DNA of 64,000 nucleotides from Spirochaetia bacterium (GCA_963677925.2 CAXXYH010000001.1:32001-96000), one strand, 5' to 3'. Positions 47,834 to 57,945 are shown, counted from the first letter of the stretch. A program made the numbers and translations. Notes: a model not told the origin generated them from the sequence alone.

Positions 47834-50074
47834 ATGTCAGACTGGAAATGGCAGCAGCCGATAAGTGAAGAAATTTTCAGGGCGAAATACTGTCTTCACG
47901 GTGAAAATACTGCAGAAGAAGTCTTTAAAGGCATATCTGAAGAGGTCTCCTCAGTAGAGGAAGACAGAGAACAGTGGAAAACGAAATTTTACGATGAGCT
48001 GATAAACGGCAGACTTATGCCGGCGGGACGTATTCTTGCTAATGCAAGACCGGACAGTCCTATGAAAAACTATAATAACTGCTTTACGATAGATATTGAA
48101 GATTCAATGGAAGGTATCTACGACTCATTAAAAGAAGATGCCATGATAAGCAAGATGGGCGGCGGTGTCGGCTTTGATATTTCAAAACTGAGGCCGAAAG
48201 GTGCTCCGATTACCGGTGGGAGTCAGTCATCCGGAGTTATTTCATTTCTGCGAATATTCGATCAGTCGGCAAAAACGATTGTAACCGGCGGACAGAGACG
48301 TTCCGCGCATATTGCGCTTCTGGATATATCTCATCCTGAAATTGAAGAGTTTATTACTGTCAAGAAGGGCGATCAGAACAAAGAGCTTACACAGTTCAAT
48401 ATATCTGTAAAGGTAAGTGATGATTTCATCACTGCCGTAAAAGAAGATACAGACTGGGACCTTGTATTCGACGGAGAGGTTTATAAAACTGTCCGTGCAA
48501 GAGATCTTTATGATCTGCTGGCAAAAAACGCCTATACACACAACGAACCTGGGATTTTTTATACCGACACTGTTGAACGATACAACAACGGGTACTGGGC
48601 TTTTAAAATGGACAGGGTTAACCCCTGCGGAGAGCTGGTTATGCCGCCCTACTCGCTATGCTGTCTTTCCGCAGTCAATCTGCTGCATTTTGTTGAAAAC
48701 CCTTTTACAGAGAATGCTAAGTTCAGCTTTAAACGGTTCGCTGAAACCGTAAAAATCGGTGTAAGATTTCTTGATAATATTCTTGATCTTACCGCTTATC
48801 CTCTGGAAAAGATTGAAACCTTTTCAAAGAAGTGGCGGCGTATCGGGCTGGGTATTACAGGGCTCGGCGATATGTTTACAATGCTGGGAATAAAATACGG
48901 TTCACCTGAATCACGGGAACTTGTTGAAGAAATCGGAATGACGCTGAGAAACGAATCGTATGCTGCCAGTGCAGAGCTTGCAGGCGAAAAGGGTGCTTTT
49001 CCTTCATTTGATACAGAAAAATATCTTGCAGCAGAATTTGTAAAGCAGCTTCCAGCGCAGGTTCAGGAGCTTATCAGGAAAAACGGAATCCGTAATGTAC
49101 AGATGAATACAATAGCGCCTACAGGAACAACCTCACTTTCTGTTGGACAGAACTGTTCTTCCGGTATCGAGCCGATCTTCGCCCTCACCTACAACCGGAC
49201 AATCCGGACAGGTCATGATGATGAAACAACTACCGAAGAAGTATCAGACTATGCATATAATATGTACAGGGAGATTACCGGTAAAACTGATGTTCCTGAA
49301 TATTTCGTAACCACCATGGATATTGACCCCTATGAATCTATAGAGGTACAGGCGGCCTTTCAGAAGTATATCGACCACAGTATCTCAAAGACTCTTAATC
49401 TGCCTTCAGGCACCAGTTTTGAGAGTTACAAGGACCTTTTTATGTATGCCTATGACCGGGGGCTTAAAGGCTTCACAACCTTCAATCCGGAAGGAAGCAT
49501 GAAGGGAATACTTGAATATCAGAATATGGACAAGGAAGAACCTATCCATTCCCATCACGCCCCTAAAAGACCGAAGGATTTGCAATGTGATATCCACAGA
49601 GTCCGCGCAGGACGTGAAAGTATCATTGTTATCGCCGGTAAGATGAAAAACAGCCTGTACGAGCTTTTTGTAATAGATGATCCTGAATCAAGGATAGATG
49701 TGGAGACAGATCATAAGACTATTGTCCGTAAGGAACCTGACGGAAGATTTGATCTTATTTACGTAAACGGCGGTGAAGAAGTTAAACTGCAGGATTTTAC
49801 CAGGCAGTTTGATTCTCCGAACAGTTCTCTTGCAAGATTTATCTCGATGGCTCTCAGGCATGGGACCCCGCTGCAGTTTGTAATAAATCAGCTGCAGAAG
49901 GATACAAACTTTACTGATTTTGAAAGAAGTGTCGCAAGAGTTCTTAAGAAGTATATTCAGGATGGTGAAGAAGTTATCACATCTGACGGTGAGTGTCCTG
50001 AATGCACCAGCAGGCTTACATTTGCCGACGGCTGTATAACCTGCTTTAACTGCGGTTACAGCCGCTGCGGCTGA
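47834..50074 (+). CDS. nrdJ: Class II (adenosylcobalamin-dependent) ribonucleotide reductase, no ATP cone
   Basis: PAGRIL, NCF, GGGVG, NPCGE, RRIGLGITG, TIAPTGTTS, SSGIEP, SISKTLN and a C-terminal Cys cluster; no beta-subunit gene nearby. Confidence 0.93.
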   Translation: MSDWKWQQPISEEIFRAKYCLHGENTAEEVFKGISEEVSSVEEDREQWKTKFYDELINGRLMPAGRILANARPDSPMKNYNNCFTIDIEDSMEGIYDSLKEDAMISKMGGGVGFDISKLRPKGAPITGGSQSSGVISFLRIFDQSAKTIVTGGQRRSAHIALLDISHPEIEEFITVKKGDQNKELTQFNISVKVSDDFITAVKEDTDWDLVFDGEVYKTVRARDLYDLLAKNAYTHNEPGIFYTDTVERYNNGYWAFKMDRVNPCGELVMPPYSLCCLSAVNLLHFVENPFTENAKFSFKRFAETVKIGVRFLDNILDLTAYPLEKIETFSKKWRRIGLGITGLGDMFTMLGIKYGSPESRELVEEIGMTLRNESYAASAELAGEKGAFPSFDTEKYLAAEFVKQLPAQVQELIRKNGIRNVQMNTIAPTGTTSLSVGQNCSSGIEPIFALTYNRTIRTGHDDETTTEEVSDYAYNMYREITGKTDVPEYFVTTMDIDPYESIEVQAAFQKYIDHSISKTLNLPSGTSFESYKDLFMYAYDRGLKGFTTFNPEGSMKGILEYQNMDKEEPIHSHHAPKRPKDLQCDIHRVRAGRESIIVIAGKMKNSLYELFVIDDPESRIDVETDHKTIVRKEPDGRFDLIYVNGGEEVKLQDFTRQFDSPNSSLARFISMALRHGTPLQFVINQLQKDTNFTDFERSVARVLKKYIQDGEEVITSDGECPECTSRLTFADGCITCFNCGYSRCG

Positions 50075-50142
50075 TATTGTTGTAAGTAAGCTTTGTGTAA
50101 ATTCCGGATGATTTTGCGCAAAGTGATTGTTAATAGCACATG

Positions 50143-50179
50143 GGCTTCTGTGGTTTCAGGACTGCAGAAGCTCTTTTTT
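50143..50179 (+). terminator. Intrinsic terminator after nrdJ
   Basis: GCTTCTGTGGT-TTCAGG-ACTGCAGAAGC followed by TCTTTTTT. Confidence 0.75.
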
Positions 50180-51390
50180 CAGATTATATCGCCGGATGAT
50201 TCCGACAGGCTCAGCAGACCCAAGTAGCGGTCATAGCATTCGACTGTGACTATTTTAAGAAGGCTGTTAATTCTCATGATTATCTGATTTCCGCCGCAGG
50301 CTGCAGCAATTCCGGTAAAATCATTGAAAACCCGTTTCATTTTATTATCAAGCTCATCATCAGTAAGTGTGATTTGAATCATATCGTCACTAAGTTCATC
50401 AACTACATTATCAACCGCAAGCCCTTTCCCGTCTTTAAACTTTATTTCATTGCGCTGTTCATCACGTATATCGAAGATCAGCTGTGTATAATCAATTCTG
50501 TTTTTCTTAAGAAAGGCTGCAGTGTGAAGGCCCTCATTCAGATCAGTGGGTAATCCATCGGTGAAAAGAATGATTTTATTGTGGATATCCGGTTCTCTGA
50601 AGTGCAGAACCTTTTTCATGAATGATGAATATGACGTATTACCGCGTGTAACGCCAGCAGCTTCAATAGGAAATCCTACCGGCCGGCATTCATCACTGAA
50701 AGCGTAAAAATTGAATTTGGTACCCGGAGCCATTTTAGAATAGAAGTCAGTAAAGTAAGCGACAGTATCAAGTACAATTCCGAGTTTACCGCATGAATCC
50801 ATACTTTTAGAAAAATCAATCACAATATGAAGAAGGACGTCTTTATCTTCAGGTATATTGAATTTGCTCTGAAGTCTGCCTGTGAATAAATCGGCAAAAG
50901 AAAGGCTTAGATCGATATCTGAAAGAAAAGATGGAACGGAATCCAGATCAGCATCAAGGGCGTACATATAGGAAAAAGAATTATAAATGTCCTTAAGTAG
51001 AAAATCCTGTTCGATAAATTCAGAGTTCAGCAGAGGCATTGTATAATCGCCCTTTGATTCATGTCCGCTGAGCAGCAGCTTCTTGCCTGCTGCAAAATCC
51101 TCCCTAAGCCTGTTGAATACAGTTCTGTTTTCTTCAGCCTCATTGAGCCGCTCTGTAAGATCTTCGGGATGGAAATTATAAAGGGCTTCTGCCGCAAGAA
51201 CGTCCCTGTCTTTCAGAAACTGATATTTTGTCTGCAGGTTCTTTATCAGACCTGCTGATAATACCGGAAAATTCAGAAGCTCCGGGATTGGATTATCATT
51301 AATGGACACCCCTGATATTATTATCATTCCGGGTTTTAGATGTGCCCATCTTACTTTCTGCAGTTTGCCTAATCCGTCAAGTCTGAACAT
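50179..51390 (-). CDS. VWA domain-containing cytoplasmic protein
   Basis: MIDAS residues DFSKS...GNT...IILFTDG; uncharacterised N-terminal half. Confidence 0.8.
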   Translation of the reverse strand: MFRLDGLGKLQKVRWAHLKPGMIIISGVSINDNPIPELLNFPVLSAGLIKNLQTKYQFLKDRDVLAAEALYNFHPEDLTERLNEAEENRTVFNRLREDFAAGKKLLLSGHESKGDYTMPLLNSEFIEQDFLLKDIYNSFSYMYALDADLDSVPSFLSDIDLSLSFADLFTGRLQSKFNIPEDKDVLLHIVIDFSKSMDSCGKLGIVLDTVAYFTDFYSKMAPGTKFNFYAFSDECRPVGFPIEAAGVTRGNTSYSSFMKKVLHFREPDIHNKIILFTDGLPTDLNEGLHTAAFLKKNRIDYTQLIFDIRDEQRNEIKFKDGKGLAVDNVVDELSDDMIQITLTDDELDNKMKRVFNDFTGIAAACGGNQIIMRINSLLKIVTVECYDRYLGLLSLSESSGDII

Positions 51391-52850
51391 TACCGGTTAT
51401 TCTTTATGGTATTTTCTATATTTTTTTTAAGTGACAGCAGTCTTCTGTCAGCGGGAAATCTTGATAAGGCATTGTTTACAATTTCAAGCGAGGTTTCGAA
51501 ATCCTGCCTGTTATATGCGTCTGCAGCTCTGTTGTAAATTTCTGCCACTGTATTATTAAGATAAATCTTCTTTACCTGTTCCAGTCTTGAACTGCTTCCC
51601 TTTTCAAGGATGATTGCTTCTGTCTCGGTGAGGGCCGCCTCCCAACCGGAGACCGATGCCGTCCGTTCAAGTTTGGCCGTGTACCAGGCGTCTGCTATTT
51701 CACGGATTCTGCGGCTGTTTACTACACCTGCGGATTCTGCGGCTTCAACCGCTTTCTCAAAATCTTTTTCATCACCACCGGCCTTCACAGTTTCGAGCGC
51801 TGTAAACAGTTCAGCATCCGAAACAGCAAGTTCGAGAGTTGCATAGGTTTTCTCATCCATCAGTGCTGACAGGCGGTCAAGGCTGTTCCTTGCTTCAGGG
51901 ATATTGCGCTGTCTGAGCAGTCTGACAATATAATTATTTGCTGCTGAGTTGGTTAAGTTTTCAAGCTTTCTATGAGTACCGAAGGTGGCAGCTGCAAGCT
52001 CTGTCCAGCTTAGAACTTCCTCCTCCCGGCCCGATTTAGCCAGCTGAGCGCCGTAGTTTGAAATACGATCAATAAGAAAATCAAATATTTCACCTTCTTC
52101 AGGAGATCCCAGAAGTGCCCAGCGATCCACCGCCAGAGGCACGGCCTCGGCATAACGCCCCTGTGCCTCAAGTTCCACTATTCTGTTAGAAATAACCAGA
52201 GAGAAGAGATACATCAAATCGATTTCATTCCGGTTCCGGTAATTTCTTGGCGGGACATAGGCATAACCGGTAATTGCACCGAAGGCATCATGAAATTCGG
52301 TTTTAGTTCCCGGATCAAAGCCCAATGCCGCTGTTGTTTCGACATCTACGGCTCCTTCCGGAGTGATAACAGAACAGAATGCATGATCGGGGGTGGAAAT
52401 TCCCTGGACCTGAAGATTTACTGAAGTGGAGAGAATTGAATACAAAACTGCAGAAGAGACACAGTTGAATCGGCCGGTAGAAAAGAGAGTATCCAGCCTG
52501 GTCTGCTTTTCTATGTAAGTGGAAAGATATTTGTCGTGCATGAACTCGAGAACCTTTTCACCCTTCCGGTAATCATCCATGCCTTCAACACTTTTACTTA
52601 GTTCTGAAAGATCTTTACTGAAAATGCTTAACTGATCGGCGCTGTATTCTGCCCCGGAAACCCAGAATGCAAGTTTGTACAGTGCCTGCCAGTCGCCGGT
52701 ATCAGTATCAGCGGAATATCTGTATGCCTCCGGGGACGCTGCAATCCTTGGAAAAGCATCAATGCTCCAGGCAGAAGAAACCCCGGAAATTAGGATTAAA
52801 AATACTGCAGAAAGAAATCCCTTTCTGCAGCGGTATCTGATAAAAATCAT
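51390..52850 (-). CDS. Exported transglutaminase-like (Cys-His-Asp) domain + TPR-like protein
   Basis: Signal peptide; FNCVSSA, PDHAF and VDVET; helical TPR-like C-terminal half. Confidence 0.7.
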   Translation of the reverse strand: MIFIRYRCRKGFLSAVFLILISGVSSAWSIDAFPRIAASPEAYRYSADTDTGDWQALYKLAFWVSGAEYSADQLSIFSKDLSELSKSVEGMDDYRKGEKVLEFMHDKYLSTYIEKQTRLDTLFSTGRFNCVSSAVLYSILSTSVNLQVQGISTPDHAFCSVITPEGAVDVETTAALGFDPGTKTEFHDAFGAITGYAYVPPRNYRNRNEIDLMYLFSLVISNRIVELEAQGRYAEAVPLAVDRWALLGSPEEGEIFDFLIDRISNYGAQLAKSGREEEVLSWTELAAATFGTHRKLENLTNSAANNYIVRLLRQRNIPEARNSLDRLSALMDEKTYATLELAVSDAELFTALETVKAGGDEKDFEKAVEAAESAGVVNSRRIREIADAWYTAKLERTASVSGWEAALTETEAIILEKGSSSRLEQVKKIYLNNTVAEIYNRAADAYNRQDFETSLEIVNNALSRFPADRRLLSLKKNIENTIKNNR

Positions 52851-52874
52851 GAAAACGCCTTATCCGGCTGCCTG

Positions 52875-53855
52875 TCAGTTTCCTGCCTGAGTCAGGATTT
52901 CAGCAAGCTGAGCCTTAAGAGCCCTGTCGAACTCAGTATAATTATCTTCATATCCTGCATTATCAGCAATCTGAAGATTCATTGAAATATACTGATAAGC
53001 ATCAACAGGATGTTCAGTATTCATAAGAGCTACAGCCGTAACCCTTCCAAGTGTAAGCGTATCTGTAATGGCCAGCTGTCCGGCTGGTACAAGCAGCATA
53101 AAATCTGATATATAGGGATTGGCATCGATAACAGCCTGATATTCTTTAAGATTGAAAGCATTGACGAGGAAGTTCATCAGAAAGTATACAGAACTTTCCC
53201 AGTTTTCGGTTTGTTTGAATATTTCTGCAGATTTGACCATAAGCTCCCAGGAAGATTTAAAATCTTTTACTGAAGTAAGACAGATAGCCTTCTCTGCATA
53301 ACAGTCCGCAAGATAGTTTCTAGCAAGTACATCCGATTCGGATTCCTGGATTTTAAGTCCTTTTGGAAGATCCTTTTTGTAGTTTCCGCCGTCCCATATC
53401 AAAAAGCCGTAATCCCAGATAGCAAGTGCTCCCGAAGGATGACCCATTTCAACCAGTCTGTATGCACGCTGTTTAAGAATCATGTACAGTTGTTCTCTGG
53501 TAAGCGTTTCTTTTAACTCTGCAGCTTTCCAGATACTGTATAAGTACAGCTCGGCTGACCCTTCAAGATTTCCTTCGCCGTATTGAAAGTCGGCATTATA
53601 ATAAATCTGCTCAAGCACCGGGTCTATCTTTCTTCCGTATTCAGACAGTTTGCTGTATGGGTTTTTTGCTTCTGTTATCAGTGTTTCAACTTCTGAACTA
53701 ACAGGAATGATAATATTGGACTGGAAACTGTCAGTTTCGCTTTCTCCGGCGGCTGTCACTGATTGTAATGATGTAATAAACAGTAATAATATCAATGAAA
53801 TGAAAATACTAAGCTGATGTTTCAAATTATACTCCGTTTTTATAAAATCTGTCAT
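52875..53855 (-). CDS. Exported or membrane-anchored TPR-like hypothetical protein
   Basis: N-terminal hydrophobic segment; alpha-helical repeat-like remainder. Confidence 0.6.
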   Translation of the reverse strand: MTDFIKTEYNLKHQLSIFISLILLLFITSLQSVTAAGESETDSFQSNIIIPVSSEVETLITEAKNPYSKLSEYGRKIDPVLEQIYYNADFQYGEGNLEGSAELYLYSIWKAAELKETLTREQLYMILKQRAYRLVEMGHPSGALAIWDYGFLIWDGGNYKKDLPKGLKIQESESDVLARNYLADCYAEKAICLTSVKDFKSSWELMVKSAEIFKQTENWESSVYFLMNFLVNAFNLKEYQAVIDANPYISDFMLLVPAGQLAITDTLTLGRVTAVALMNTEHPVDAYQYISMNLQIADNAGYEDNYTEFDRALKAQLAEILTQAGN

Positions 53856-53881
53856 TTGCCGAATTATTATATCTGTAAATA

Positions 53882-55624
53882 TTACTGTAATCCAAGCCGT
53901 AAATTATCAAAATCACGTAATGAAACCGTTTTCTGTTCACCTTCCGGGAAGGTAATACGAACCATGTCTCCGGGCTTTGTCCATTTAAGCTCGCGGAAGG
54001 TATCACTGCTTCCAAGAAATTCTGTTTCGGGATAATCCTGAAATAATATGTAATAGTAGGTCATTCCGGAGATTGTTTCACTGGTAATATCGGAGACCAC
54101 TGTTTCCATAATGGTCTCACTGACAGAAGAATCAATGGAGAGTGAATCGCTTGAGTTTATAAGCGCTGTCTCAAAGGCACGTAAAGCTTCTCTAACTGTT
54201 GTTCCAACACCGAGAATCTGTTCGTTTTTAAGGGATATAAATCCGTACATCTTAACAAGACCGTCAGCGCCCTTAAGCGTACAGAAGTATACCGGTCTGC
54301 TGCCGATGTTGTACAGAATTGCAGGAGTTGCAGAATAGCCGGCTTCCTTCACACCCTTGGCATTTTCAAGTGCTTCACCGGCCCGGTCTTCGGTTATTCC
54401 GCTGATTCTGTAGAAACGGGTATCTTTTGTCCGGGTATTTACGAGGACAAATCCGGTAGTACCCCGGTCTGAGCCGGCAGACTGCATGCCTGAATAGAAG
54501 TAGGCCTCACCGCCGGAATAAACAAGAGAGGTTCCCTCAGTTTTTTTAAGGACATCCTTCTGTTTAATCCAGCTGTTAAGCCATCCGTGGGTAAAGGCGC
54601 CCCAGTAGTTAAGCTGTCTGTTTATAAAGAGTTCAGGCTGTATCCTATCGATAAAAGCGGGAGCTTCATCAATGCTGTATTCTGTGATCTCGCCTGTCTG
54701 TACATCTACTGCAACAATGCCGGAGGCTTCAGGTCCATTCCAGCCGATTGTTTTGTCATAGAGTGTCACAATATAAAATGGTCTTCCGTCGTTTTTAAGT
54801 TCAAAGGTATAGTCGGTAATACCCTTCATCATATATCCGTTTGCACGCAGGTATCTCTGTAGATTGTTTCCAAAATAATGGCCGGTTGAATAGTTGATTT
54901 CGAGTTTTTTACCGTTTAGCGCTGTTACAAAAAAGGCTCTGCTTGCATCCTGTGAAGAGACAATGATGTATCCGGGTGTTGTTTTTTCCTTGAAAGCCCC
55001 AGACGGATGCAGAACGCCTACCCAGACAAGTTCATTATCGAAGCTGAGGGTGCGGGTTTCGCCTTCTCCGGTTACAATATCAAAGCTTCCGTTAAGATTC
55101 TGAATGCTCATGCGGCCAAGTTCGACCTGTGAACCGAGACCTGAAATGCTTTCAATAAGAGTGCTTCCCCTCTGTCCTGCAAGCTGCTGATCAACAAGCC
55201 TGAGTTTTGACAGATCTACAGGTTCAACGTCGGCATTGAAATCAAGTGATTCGGTATCGGTTATTTTATTGTTCATGAGACTGTAATAGTCTTTTGACCG
55301 GATGATTTTGCCGCCTGCAAACAGCATAACCACTGCTGCCAGCGCAACTGCTGTCAAAGGTAAAAAATAGAAGATATTGATTCTGCGGCCGGCAAAAAAC
55401 GGTCCGACTGCAGTCATTGACAGAGCCCAAAGCCATAAAGCCGGATATCTGAAGCCGACAGCCGGTCTTGCAAGCCAGAATATCCAGGCCGTTACGGCAG
55501 CTGTAATTAAAATTAGAACGAGATTCAGCACAGCTGTTGCAGTACTTTTCTGTTTACCGATTGCTGAAATAAAATAAAATACGGCCAGAACCGCAAAACT
55601 TGCTGATAAGGTAATAAAAAACAT
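53882..55624 (-). CDS. Hypothetical membrane protein (N-terminal TM bundle + large extracytoplasmic domain)
   Basis: 3-4 TM segments then a beta-rich domain of about 470 aa; GGAGG RBS. Confidence 0.7.
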   Translation of the reverse strand: MFFITLSASFAVLAVFYFISAIGKQKSTATAVLNLVLILITAAVTAWIFWLARPAVGFRYPALWLWALSMTAVGPFFAGRRINIFYFLPLTAVALAAVVMLFAGGKIIRSKDYYSLMNNKITDTESLDFNADVEPVDLSKLRLVDQQLAGQRGSTLIESISGLGSQVELGRMSIQNLNGSFDIVTGEGETRTLSFDNELVWVGVLHPSGAFKEKTTPGYIIVSSQDASRAFFVTALNGKKLEINYSTGHYFGNNLQRYLRANGYMMKGITDYTFELKNDGRPFYIVTLYDKTIGWNGPEASGIVAVDVQTGEITEYSIDEAPAFIDRIQPELFINRQLNYWGAFTHGWLNSWIKQKDVLKKTEGTSLVYSGGEAYFYSGMQSAGSDRGTTGFVLVNTRTKDTRFYRISGITEDRAGEALENAKGVKEAGYSATPAILYNIGSRPVYFCTLKGADGLVKMYGFISLKNEQILGVGTTVREALRAFETALINSSDSLSIDSSVSETIMETVVSDITSETISGMTYYYILFQDYPETEFLGSSDTFRELKWTKPGDMVRITFPEGEQKTVSLRDFDNLRLGLQ

Positions 55625-55711
55625 TTTTTCCTCCAGTGTTTATCTATACCTCATACTACAAATTTGTTCAATTTTTATTCACAGGAACTTCGTGCAAAAT
55701 CCTGTTAGTTT

Positions 55712-56836
55712 CTATTCTGCGCGGTGCATGTAAATGGTTATTTCAGAATCTGAATCATCAGGATCAACTGCAGTAATACCGTCGATGAAGGAGCTTCTGG
55801 TTCCATCGGATTCAGCTTTAGCCTCTCCCTCTTTGGCAGTATCGCTGAACTCGATATTCGCGCCTGAATCAACGCGGTTATATAATTGAACCATGTCGTT
55901 AATATTGATGTTGAAACTGCAGTCAAATGACTCATTAAAATGATAAGCCTTGCTATTATCGGACAGATTCTGAATATTCCCATTGTCATGGTTAAGATAT
56001 AGCAGAGCATCTGTTCCGACAATCTCAAAGGTTCCGTCACCGCTGGTAGTATTCCCAAGTTTAACCCGTCCGCTAAGATCATAGTAAACGCTGCCTGGAA
56101 CGAAAACCATTATTTGTTCCCAGGTAATTTCGTCAAACTGAATTCTGTATTCCATTCTTTTTGCTGACATACCAAAACCTACACTGGCGTTGACATACGC
56201 AGCAGAATAGCTCGCAGATTCGTTGACATTCTGATTAACCTCAAGATCGCCGTTTATCGTGATATTGTAAGATAACCTTACACGGGTAGTCTCCGGACTG
56301 CTTGATGCAAAGGTAATATACAAATTATTCCATGCCCAGGATGTGACGTTGTAGTCCATTTCCCCGTTAAGCGGGTTAATCCCCTCTGCCTGTAGGACGG
56401 AATTAGTGTTTGCCTCTGTGGACATTTCGACAGTCTGGAGGCCTTTAAACATCACATTGTAGCTCTCTTCATCATGTTCATAAACCATTGGATAATTAAT
56501 CGAGCCGGTTGTAACAGAATTGTCAGAAAGAAGGCCGGAAATTAAAATGAGTCCGCCGAGGCCTCCGCCTGCAGGTCCCGAATAACCGTAGTAAACCTGA
56601 GTATCAGTAACTGAGTCCAGGTCTTCAGGCAGTGAGCCGGTATAGACTATACCTCCGGGCAGAGTGTCTGTCCCTCCGGTATCTGTGTCGTCTGCTCCCG
56701 TACCCGCGGCAGTGCTGTCTGTATCTGTTGTGTCTGTACCGGGCGGTGTTGTATTATCAATATTGCAGCTGCTGAGAAAAAACATGCTGCCTGCAGTCAA
56801 AAGAAGAATCATCAGAATTTTGAAGGAACTTTTCAT
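55712..56836 (-). CDS. Hypothetical lipoprotein with Thr/Asp-rich tether and beta-rich domain
   Basis: Lipobox FLSSC; linker TTPPGTDTTDTDSTAAGTGADDTDTGGTD; GGAG RBS. Confidence 0.75.
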   Translation of the reverse strand: MKSSFKILMILLLTAGSMFFLSSCNIDNTTPPGTDTTDTDSTAAGTGADDTDTGGTDTLPGGIVYTGSLPEDLDSVTDTQVYYGYSGPAGGGLGGLILISGLLSDNSVTTGSINYPMVYEHDEESYNVMFKGLQTVEMSTEANTNSVLQAEGINPLNGEMDYNVTSWAWNNLYITFASSSPETTRVRLSYNITINGDLEVNQNVNESASYSAAYVNASVGFGMSAKRMEYRIQFDEITWEQIMVFVPGSVYYDLSGRVKLGNTTSGDGTFEIVGTDALLYLNHDNGNIQNLSDNSKAYHFNESFDCSFNININDMVQLYNRVDSGANIEFSDTAKEGEAKAESDGTRSSFIDGITAVDPDDSDSEITIYMHRAE

Positions 56837-56880
56837 ACTTACTCCGAAACTGTTTATTTAAATTTACTGTTCTGAGCATA

Positions 56881-56938
56881 ATTATATATTAGCAATAAAC
56901 TGATTTAACGGAGATGCCGCCGAAAACGTACGGAAACG
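56881..56938 (-). promoter_or_regulatory. -10 element with three 11-bp-spaced direct repeats upstream (candidate activator site)
   Basis: TATAAT at 56886-56881; plus-strand CGGAGAT (56909), CCGAAAA (56920) and CGGAAAC (56931); no consensus -35. Confidence 0.45.
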
Positions 56939-56955
56939 AGTTGTTTTGACCAGCT

Positions 56956-57945
56956 CTATTTATCGATGTGAAGTCGGGTATTCTCAAACATGTGAAGAGA
57001 CCATCCCTCACTTGTTATTTCCATCTTGTTTTTAGGCGGCAGGATGGTTCCTATATCCATTGTTTCAAAGAAACGTTTAAGTTTGTTAATCTGATTATAA
57101 ATGCGCTTATAATCGGAACAGAGTGTAGCCTTCATTCTCTGTTCAAGACATTGGCTGCATTGTCGGGATAACACTGTTTCATCATGTATAATATTTAAAC
57201 GGGCCATGATTCTGCTGCAGTTGAGTTTCCGGTCAGGGGTGCCTGCAAACAGGCTTATTATTTCAAGATCCGACGGCGATAAAAGGTTTGAATAATCATT
57301 TCCGTCAATCTTCAGAAAATTCTTTCCGGCTATGACATGACGGTTCAGTGAATTCTGCAGAATTATAACCGCATCTATCCCGACAAGGATATTAACAACT
57401 GAATACAGATTAAACAGCATCCAGTTGAATCCTGAATCTATCTTTTTAAAGATTATATGATACCCAAGCAGAAGCATCCACATTGCAGAAGCGAATATCA
57501 TAACCAGACTGATAAGGATGAGGCTTCTGGTAACATTTTTAGAAGGGTCCTCTCTATAGATGTCTTTTTTTCGGTAAAGGGATATTATGAACAGCTGTCC
57601 TGCAGAGTGAAATGCTGATCGAAGAAAATCGGGATGGACCATGGCTCCTGCTGCAATAATTGAGAGGATGATAACCGCACCGAAGATAAGAAACAGAACC
57701 GGAAAGCTTTGCGCAGGAACATAGTTTATAACTGAATATGATATAAGATGGATGAACATCAGCACAAAGCCTGCAAGCAGGTAATAATTGCCTTCTGCCG
57801 GAATTTCTTCCATGTTTCTGATTGCTATACCTGCAAAGAGTACGGATAACGAGAAAAACAAAGTAAGCACAGGTTTTATACTTTTTCTATAATAAAGGGA
57901 CATCGGACTAAAATATATCACGATGCCCCACAGATTTTCAATCAA
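56956..57945 (-). CDS. Polytopic membrane protein with C-terminal OmpR/PhoB-like winged-helix and Cys4 insert (putative one-component regulator); start may be ATG 57903
   Basis: About 6 TM segments, then LSPSDLEIISLF...IYNQINKLKRFFE...IGTI...EGWSL, matching the LT..E..ll.L / v...I..Lrkk / GY.l pattern; C-x19-C-x2-C-x9-C. Confidence 0.6.
   Translation of the reverse strand: MIENLWGIVIYFSPMSLYYRKSIKPVLTLFFSLSVLFAGIAIRNMEEIPAEGNYYLLAGFVLMFIHLISYSVINYVPAQSFPVLFLIFGAVIILSIIAAGAMVHPDFLRSAFHSAGQLFIISLYRKKDIYREDPSKNVTRSLILISLVMIFASAMWMLLLGYHIIFKKIDSGFNWMLFNLYSVVNILVGIDAVIILQNSLNRHVIAGKNFLKIDGNDYSNLLSPSDLEIISLFAGTPDRKLNCSRIMARLNIIHDETVLSRQCSQCLEQRMKATLCSDYKRIYNQINKLKRFFETMDIGTILPPKNKMEITSEGWSLHMFENTRLHIDK

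Noticed and set aside
47834-50074. Intein or intron in nrdJ
   Set aside because: Catalytic motifs are contiguous and the length is ordinary; no splice-junction motifs seen.
50075-50140. Imperfect hairpin CTTTGTGTAAA...TTTGCGCAAAG in the nrdJ 3' UTR as an sRNA
   Set aside because: No promoter or family resemblance; could be ordinary 3' UTR structure.
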